Of a stretch of DNA of 64,000 bases, positions 56,265 through 64,000 are shown piece after piece. A program made the translations under genes and the position numbers. Each line of letters begins with the position of its first letter. Within the stretch, counting starts at the first letter, position 1. Under the pieces are notes generated by a model, which made no database searches, was not told the origin of the DNA, and saw only the letters and a program-made list of their open reading frames with translations. Source of the DNA: Neoconidiobolus thromboides FSU 785 (taxonomy: Eukaryota; Fungi; Entomophthoromycota); the NCBI GenBank assembly GCA_025603075.1, contig MU626269.1, positions 1 to 64,000 of the forward strand, written 5' to 3'.

Positions 56265-56426
56265 AGTCTATTGCATATACAAATTCATAAGTTTGAGTTA
56301 ATTATTCTGTTTTATTATTGAAATATAGCCTGAACTTTGACGTGGTACAATGAGGCAATAATTTTTGTATTAACTAAAAAGACTTAATAAAAATAAACTT
56401 ATCAACGGCTGCTGCTTCATTTAATT

Positions 56427-56533
56427 ATATGGAGATATATTTTTTTGTCCAAGGATTTTACCAATAACTTTTTCACTCAAATAGCGCTTAAAAAATGGAA
56501 AAAGTGATGAAACTAAAAAAAACATTTCCATAT
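56427..56533 (+). mobile_element. ATAT-MITE copy 20
   Basis: ATAT on both flanks. Confidence 0.9.
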
Positions 56534-56636
56534 CTCGAAGATGAGTGATCCAGCTAATTTGAACTTCATAAGAGGTGCGCTACAACATTGCATATTAAAT
56601 TTGCGAAAAAATATAATTTATTAATCAAGGTTACTA

Positions 56637-56741
56637 TTCGAGGGTGTTTTTTTTGGCTTCATTACTTTTTCTATCTTTTAAGCGCTATTTGAGTGGAAAA
56701 GTTGTTAGCAAAATTCTTAAACACAAAAATACATCCCCATT
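56637..56741 (-). mobile_element. ATAT-MITE copy 21
   Basis: Reverse-orientation match. Confidence 0.88.
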
Positions 56742-57090
56742 CCATGAATTTTTGACTCATTCTCGTAAATCTATTAGAGTATTTTTTATATAAGCTAGCG
56801 TAATTGTTTGATTGAAATTTCAAACTAATAATTATAAGAAAATAAATTGTTAATAAACAGAATGAGCTAAATTTGTAGTTTCATTAACAAATATAAAGGT
56901 ATAAATCACTATCAAATAAAATACTATTTTTAATATCTTAGTTGAATTTTCTACTTTCTATATCTGAAGAAAGGGAAAACCTGCGTTAAAATTCAACTTG
57001 AAAGCAATAGGTTATTATCACCTCAAAGTATATTCGAAACATTTCAAACCTCCTATATACTATATTTTTCGAATGTTTTAACTCATGAAG

Positions 57091-57195
57091 ATATGGAGAT
57101 GTATTTTTTTATTCAGGAATTTTACTAACAACCTTTTCACTCAAACAGTGCTTAAAAAATGGGAAAGTAATGAAACCAAAAAGAACATCCTCATG
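57091..57195 (+). mobile_element. ATAT-MITE copy 22
   Basis: ATAT-GGAGATG...ACATCCTC-ATGT. Confidence 0.88.
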
Positions 57196-58068
57196 TTATT
57201 TTCAAAGCCTAAAGTATATTAAATTTCAAAAAAAAGTTATTTCTATCCTAGTGGCACTTTTAATAAAATAATTCTTTTAACCTATGTTCTACAAAGTTGA
57301 TAAAATAATAAACTATTCAATAACTTTATCAAATTCACAAAACCTATACAACTTTTTATAACTACGCATTCATATAAAAGGTTTTATTCATTAAATAAAG
57401 GTTTTTAAAATGTAAGAGGTTGGGGTTCAGGATTGCAAGTTTTATAAGGTAAAGAGTCATTTCCAATTCCTCTAACAACTGGTCCTTTTTCAGATTGTGG
57501 AATTTATTACACTATTTAGGGCTAAAACCATACAATGAATTCAAAATTTTAAGAGATAACTTTCATACACTTTATCTATAATTATAAATCTTGTGATGAA
57601 GCAACACCAAGAAAAAAACAAATTTTAAATTTTAAATAGCCTAAATAAAAAAACAGAAAGTGAGGCTTTTGCTTCACTTATCATGTTTCTAGTTTATTAT
57701 TTTCAAATACTCTATTTTTATATTATTTGATTTTTGTATAAATAACAGACAATGAAATAACATGATATTTTAGTTTAAATCATAAATAACACTAGTCTAC
57801 CAGTCAATTCATTAAATTTATTAGCAAACCAAATGACATTGCGCTTATAAAATATTTATTAAACATCATTCAATAAATCTGGTTGGTTAGTAAAAATACA
57901 AGTTTCAATTAAGGATCAGATGATATAGTCTACCCCTTGTTTATTTTGACGAGAAATCAAGTAAACTAAAAAACAATTAAGTCATAAACTATAAACTCAA
58001 TTAAAGAATAATAAAATAAAAGACAATATTATGATATTGATATTGATATTGATATTAATATTAATTTA

Positions 58069-59025
58069 TTATAGTAACATTTTACGATCCACAGTATTAA
58101 AAATTTGATTTTTATCCATATCGATATAAACCTTATCATCTTCTTCTTCTTTTATAGTTTTAGTGAAATAACGTTCTTTCAATTCGCTAAAGATGGCTGG
58201 TAATGCTGGATCAAATAAAAAGAAAACAAAATTCAAAATACCTTGAACAGAAGCGCAAAAAAATTGAACAACATAATCAGCATAAGTTAAGTCACCGCTA
58301 GTTGGTGCTAAAATCATAACGACAAGATAAGGCAATATAGTTATTACGGGTACAGTTGGGTATAATAATAATCGAGTGACCATCCTTCTTAAATTAAATT
58401 GTTGATAAGAACTAGATGGGTTGGAATTATGACTTGATTTATTTCTAGCTTTATTTAACTTTAGGATGACTATTATAAATATTACTAGACAATATAGGGT
58501 TGGTAATAAAATCCAATTTCCAAATGTAAAAAATAATACGACTTTATTAATTGGATACTTAAATTGATCATAATAAGGGCATACACCTACATTTATAAAG
58601 CTTAATACTGCAATTGGAATGCAACATATGACTGAAAGTATACAACATGTTACCACGTAAAAGGTACATGATTTTACATACTTTGGTTTATCTAACAAAA
58701 AGATAATCATTAAATTATATGCCATACATGCCGTAATAAAAGTGGTTAAAAAATTTGAAAATAGGGAAAGTAAGGTCACTACTTGACATGCTAGCATATC
58801 ATCATCATAAACCGCCATATTTGGCGCATGACTTAAGATATCTGCTAATGATAAAAAAAAATACAATTTATAGCTGAGACGTTTACTTGCTGAAAACTTT
58901 AATACATAAGTGGATCCTATAATTACTGTTAATAAAAATGATAACACTAAGGATATTATATTGATATATTTAAATATAGTTTGGGCATCTATCACTCGAA
59001 CATAATCCTCTGCGCTTAGAGCCAT
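58069..59025 (-). CDS. Intronless 7TM G-protein-coupled receptor (cAMP-receptor/Git3-like)
   Basis: 318 aa with seven hydrophobic segments; RLSYKLYFFLSLADILSH, C in loop 1, RLLLYPTVPVIT, QGILNFVFFLFDPA. Confidence 0.8.
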   Translation of the reverse strand: MALSAEDYVRVIDAQTIFKYINIISLVLSFLLTVIIGSTYVLKFSASKRLSYKLYFFLSLADILSHAPNMAVYDDDMLACQVVTLLSLFSNFLTTFITACMAYNLMIIFLLDKPKYVKSCTFYVVTCCILSVICCIPIAVLSFINVGVCPYYDQFKYPINKVVLFFTFGNWILLPTLYCLVIFIIVILKLNKARNKSSHNSNPSSSYQQFNLRRMVTRLLLYPTVPVITILPYLVVMILAPTSGDLTYADYVVQFFCASVQGILNFVFFLFDPALPAIFSELKERYFTKTIKEEEDDKVYIDMDKNQIFNTVDRKMLL

Positions 59026-62000
59026 TTTTTCAAATTACGTTAAAAAAACATTATAAATTCGATAGTTATTTGCTTATATACAAATGTTTTTTAGAAGTAA
59101 AATAATATGGTGCATATCTTCTTAAATCAACTTAAATTCTTAAAAAAATGTATCAAATGATATGATTTTCATTTTATTGCTTTTAATTTTAGATTTGATT
59201 ATGCTGCTAAAATCCCAAGGATCCACCATGATTATTTTTATCCTTTATTTTTGCAAAATCACGTTTTATTTACCACCTTATTTAATATTTATGGAAAATT
59301 TATTATTTTTGATAATTAATTTTTACTAATAAATTGTCCGTAATAAAATCAAACATTGTTTATAATTGTACAGTAGTAGCTTCGACTTATTATTACTATC
59401 ATAACTTGGAATACTTTTTACATTATTATTAATACCCCTAATACATTTCATAAGTACTTGCATAATTTTTGATATATAAATTCTATCATCAATCTCGATT
59501 TATTCTTATTCTAATAAATTTTTAATTAATGTCACATTAACCAATGATCATTTTAAACTAGACCGTCAAGGATTAATAATAAACCATGTCTACCTCTTTA
59601 ATAAACAACAATCTATTTATTTTATAACTGAATTTAAAATGCGATTTCCAAAAGTAAATTTGAATAACAAAACATATAATTACTTTTTGAAAATAAACTC
59701 TATTTAACACAATACTTCAATATAATAGTTTAATAAAATGATAACTTTAAATTGATGTTTAGAAAAGAGTAATTAAATATTTAAGCTTAGTATTATAATA
59801 CTAGGTTACCACGTACTCTTAATTAATGCCTTAGTTTAATATTTAAAAAATATCAAATTCATGCTTTTATTAATAGATAATATAGAATCTCAAAAGCTGG
59901 GTCACTATGACCATAAATCTAATACCTATTTTTTATATTTATTATTGTAGTTTATTGGGGTGTAGCATTTAATGTTAAAGAACTATACGGTGTCTTATTT
60001 GAATAGGAAAAGTTGAGGTGCTTTTATTAATTTAATGCTTATATTGATAGAATGGGACAAAGATTACTTTTAAACTATTAAAGTAATTAATAAGTTTTTT
60101 AAAACTCTTGAAAAGGCATAATCCCCAAGTAGTTTATTATTTAAACACAACAATTATGAAATGAGTAATAAAAGAAATCGATTATTTGGTCATTGACTCG
60201 TTGCTCCTTTTATTCTTTAAAAGACGAGTAACCAAATATGAAAATCTTATAGACTTTCTTCTCCTCAACAAAGAGTCAAGAACCTGCAAGATACATTAGG
60301 CTAGGATCAATGTTAATCAATAGGATTTTAAATAAGAAAGTTATTATTTTTCAATTTATTTAGAAAAAATAATTTAAATTACATATTTTTACTACTGTAA
60401 CTTTAAGAAAACGTTATAAAAAGGAAACTTTTAGTTATTTTTAAACTCAAGCAATACTAATACTTATATATATAGATATTAAATAAGAATATAATCAATT
60501 AGTATTATACATGAAGTCTAGGATGATAAAAAATAAGCTCCTACTTCCAAATAAAACCTTTTTAAAGACTATCTAGAAGCAAGCTTGGACCTTATAATTT
60601 TACAATTTACAACTTTAAATTTATTTTTTAAAAATTGCAATTAACTTGGTAATAATTAATTTTCCCATGATATTTTGAGCAAAAATAACAACCTTCAAAA
60701 CTAGCAACTTTATGAAAGATTATTATTTTAGCTAAGAAGTTATTTAAAATTTCATTTTTTGTTTAAAATATCCCTAGAAGTCTTTAGTTTGATGTTTTAA
60801 ATCTTGATATTTATTTTCACTGGGGCTGAATGTAAATTCTTATATATATAATGAAAAGATCGATAATCATATAAGATAACATATATATAATATGCAATTT
60901 GAACTTTTTATTAAAACATTGTCATATTAACTTCAAGTTAAAAGACCGAACTTTAACTAGATTCTAGAAGCTGATTGGTCTAATACGTAAATTGTGGAGA
61001 AATAAAAGGTTAAAAGTTACCAATTTTATATGTAGAACTGATCTTTCGATTTCTACCTATATTTACACTTTAAAGTTTAAATGAAATTACTGAAGTAAAT
61101 TTTATTCAATACAACTAGTTAATATTTGTAATATATATTATAATAAATCAATAATAAACTTGAATTATCATTTTAAAATGATAAAAAGCTAGACTTCTAG
61201 TTAAAAGAATTTATTAATTAGTTTAATGATTTGACATACATAGCTCGTAATAGTTGAAAAAGGAGTAGTAATAATAATTCAGTCTACTTAGATAGATTCT
61301 ATAAATGGATAGACATGATGGAAGCGAAAGCTATTGTTTAAGAGGCATTATAACTTTCTGAACTCATGTAAGGTTTATTACGATGGGACCTTATATAAAG
61401 CTTAAAAATGGTGCCTTTTTTATTAATACAACGATTTTTAGGTGCACTTCTTCGACGAGTTACTCTAAAGATTTCATAATGTTGATACAGTTTTGTGGCT
61501 TTAAGCCATCCGAAGAAAGTCATCTTTGTTATAATTGTTAAGTAAAATAAAGTAAAGTAAAAAGAGAAAATATATATTCTGTAAATATTTATAACTTCCT
61601 TAAAATTTGCATTAAATGGCTTTGGTTTTAGAATCTTACCTTGTTTTATGGTACATTTCTAAAACAGCTGATTTTTATTTTAAGATGCTTTATTGGTTAA
61701 GTTTAAATTTTCCTTTTAATTTGAATATTAAATTATGAAATAGAAGGAGTGTATAGTTCTATATAGCTTTATTTGTTTATATTAATTTATATACTCTTAT
61801 TTTAATAATATATATGAAAAGAATTAAAATTTATATTTAATAATAGTATAAATCAATACCCTTTTCGCTCCAGTTACTTTGCCCACTTTTAAGCAGTTTG
61901 GAATTTAAACTATTAGTTAATCTTAGCTAAAAATATGATAAAATAATGTTTTACATTATAATTAATAATTTCATTAATTGTTAAGTTTTAAACTTTAATT

Positions 62001-62685
62001 TTTTTAAAATAACAATTAAAATTATGTGTATAAATCAATAAGAATGAGAATAATATGATGGTATAAAATAAGAGTATTTAAGGAGGGTTCAAATTAACTC
62101 ATACTACTTAGAAATTTTCGAAAAAATTTATAGAAATTTTACATCGAAAATACTTTTTTATATGATGATAAATTTACAAAAGGCTTTAATTTACAGAATT
62201 TAAATTCCCTGCTAATGAAAGTCAGTACTAAACTTTCAAGGGCAAACTTTTTTCCTTTCATTCTTCTGTAAACTAATTGTTAGTTTTTATGACTTAGATA
62301 TGTAAATAGACAAATTTTTGTTTATTACTTTTACATATCAAGTTGAACCCAAACTTTAAAAATAAGCTGTATGTTTTTAAACTAAATTTCGACATGATGA
62401 CAACTCAATATAATCTCAGACATGTATTTATTAAAATAAAAATTCCGATATAAAAACTTTAAAGTTTAATCTGAGATTTCTTGGCCCTCTAAAATTAGAT
62501 AATTTTGAGATCATAATTATTATGATGCTCTGACATCATTTTTTTGATGACAAAATTAATTTTAATAGTAAAAAAGTTTAAATTTAAAATGATTAAAAAT
62601 TACGTAAAATAAAGCATTATAGAAGAAGCAATATATAAACTCGAAGAAAATAAAAAGATAGAATAAAAAACATAAATTATTATAA

Positions 62686-64000
62686 ATGCCATCAACTACT
62701 CATATAACCCCTTCAGCTGCTATTGCTGTTGAACAAATGAAGACCAATGATACTAAGGATGACTTTGAAGATAAGTCTGTTCTTAGCAATGACTTTAATA
62801 AATCTAGTGGTCTACCAAGTAACAATTTGACAGCTTTGAAAATAAGTAATGTTTTTGATGATAATTTAAATAACAAAAACAGTAAAAACAACTTAAATGA
62901 GTCACCAGTATTACATAAACACGACTACACTGAAAGTGATAATACCTCCGAATCTAATACCGATAATGATGATTTACTTAGGCATGGAAATAAGCATAAT
63001 TTAAACCAACATTATAGTCATACAGAAAAAGAAAATAACCCCCTTTTGAATGATCGAATTCTATCTAAAGAGCACGAGGTTCTAGGAAACCCAGCGTTTG
63101 AATCTAGAGATCAAGAAAGTTTTCGCACAGAACCTGCTTTATTCAACAATAGGCATAGAGATATATTACCATTAAGGGAAGAACATGAACCTTTTGTCCA
63201 AAAAGAAAAAGATAATTCGCTTTTAAATAACCAAACTCCATATAAAGAACCAGGAATTTTGAAAAAACCAGTGTTTGAGCATAGAGACCAAGGAACCCTT
63301 AGTACAGAACCTGCTTTATTTGACAATAGCCATAATAATATACTACCACTAAGAGAAGGATATTTACCTTTAGTTGATAAAGAGAGAGAAAACAGTCCTG
63401 TTCTAAATGATCAAATCCCATTTAAAGAGCATGAAACTTTAAGAAAGTCACCATTTGAACCTAGAGATCAAGAAATTTTTAGTACAGAACCTGCTTTATT
63501 CAATAACAAGCATAATGACACCCTACCTTTAGGGGAAGAATACGAGCCTTTGGTTTATGAAGAAAGAGAAACTTACCTTAATTTAAACAAAACCCCATCT
63601 AAAGAATCTGAACTTTTAGAAAAATCAGTATTTGAACCTAGGGATCAAGAAAGCCTTGGTATTGAACCTACTTTTTTAAATAATGGCCTTGACGATAAGT
63701 TATCATTAGGAGAAGAGTATGAGCCTTTTGTTCATAAAGATACACAAAAACCTTTAGCTGCTCCAATCAAATTGGATATTAGCCCAAATTCATCTGTAAG
63801 TAATAGTATAAATAACAATGAGAGATTGTTTGCATCTGAAGCTATCGCTACTCCATCTATTTCTGATGCTCACTCTAAATTAAATGATCCTTTCTTTGAT
63901 TCAAATATATCGAAACCAAAAGACTTGGATTCTAATGTTAATGATACTGCTACTGATTATAACAAACTTGAAGAACTACCTGGCTCTTTCCCAGCCGATA
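62686..64000 (+). CDS. Low-complexity protein with four 59-60 aa tandem repeats (runs off window end; absent from the ORF track)
   Basis: Open frame from ATG 62686 (MPSTTHITPSAAIAVEQMK...) to 64000 with no stop; ends ...EELPGSFPAD. Confidence 0.85.
   Translation, partial: MPSTTHITPSAAIAVEQMKTNDTKDDFEDKSVLSNDFNKSSGLPSNNLTALKISNVFDDNLNNKNSKNNLNESPVLHKHDYTESDNTSESNTDNDDLLRHGNKHNLNQHYSHTEKENNPLLNDRILSKEHEVLGNPAFESRDQESFRTEPALFNNRHRDILPLREEHEPFVQKEKDNSLLNNQTPYKEPGILKKPVFEHRDQGTLSTEPALFDNSHNNILPLREGYLPLVDKERENSPVLNDQIPFKEHETLRKSPFEPRDQEIFSTEPALFNNKHNDTLPLGEEYEPLVYEERETYLNLNKTPSKESELLEKSVFEPRDQESLGIEPTFLNNGLDDKLSLGEEYEPFVHKDTQKPLAAPIKLDISPNSSVSNSINNNERLFASEAIATPSISDAHSKLNDPFFDSNISKPKDLDSNVNDTATDYNKLEELPGSFPAD
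63020..63740 (+). repeat. Coding tandem repeat, about 4 x 177-180 bp
   Basis: Anchor AG(A/G)GA(T/C)CAAG occurs at 63106, 63283, 63463 and 63640; unit pattern FEPRDQE.FSTEPALFNN.H...LPL.EEYEP.V.KE. Confidence 0.92.

Noticed and set aside
58030-58062. (GATATT)n run just beyond the GPCR stop codon
   Set aside because: Ordinary short microsatellite in a 3' UTR.
59100-62600. 3.5-kb gene-free region with scattered peptide-like frames (e.g. near 59900-60330 and 61340-61520)
   Set aside because: No frame gave a convincing RT, integrase or transposase motif by eye; it is probably decayed repeats but cannot be supported without a search.
62700-63326. Minus-strand ORFs of 63 aa and 71 aa
   Set aside because: They are antisense to the long plus-strand repeat-protein frame.

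Overview
AT-rich, intron-dense fungal DNA with mostly short introns. It is most likely an entomophthoralean fungus (Conidiobolus/Neoconidiobolus): the elongase at 13546-14648 matches my recollection of the published Conidiobolus delta-6 elongase, but no search was run. About 30 protein-coding loci can be reconstructed, mostly housekeeping genes: XPG-family 5' end, TRM734/WDR6, SLD5, GAL7, SFM1, uL14m, FUM1, STR2, BUD27, PEX19, TMEM14, CWC2, MSS116, TPA1, PET100, TAF11 and a 7TM GPCR. Four things stand out. (1) A 23-kb block (9.6-32.5 kb) holds eight ACOT13/PaaI hot-dog thioesterase paralogues, six intact and two pseudogenes, all ending in SKL or an SKL-like tripeptide. They surround two PUFA-type elongase paralogues and show a 332-bp identical conversion-like tract. 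(2) A ~100-bp MITE family occurs in 22 copies with GGGGATG...CATCCCC termini and an ATAT target duplication. An insertion into thioesterase exon 1 that can be cleanly removed in silico demonstrates the target site. (3) A full-length cystathionine beta-synthase homologue lacks the PLP lysine and phosphate loop but keeps its CBS domains. (4) CYS-3/MetR-like sites are clustered upstream of the nearby STR2. Exon boundaries were inferred by eye, so multi-exon coordinates are start-to-stop spans.
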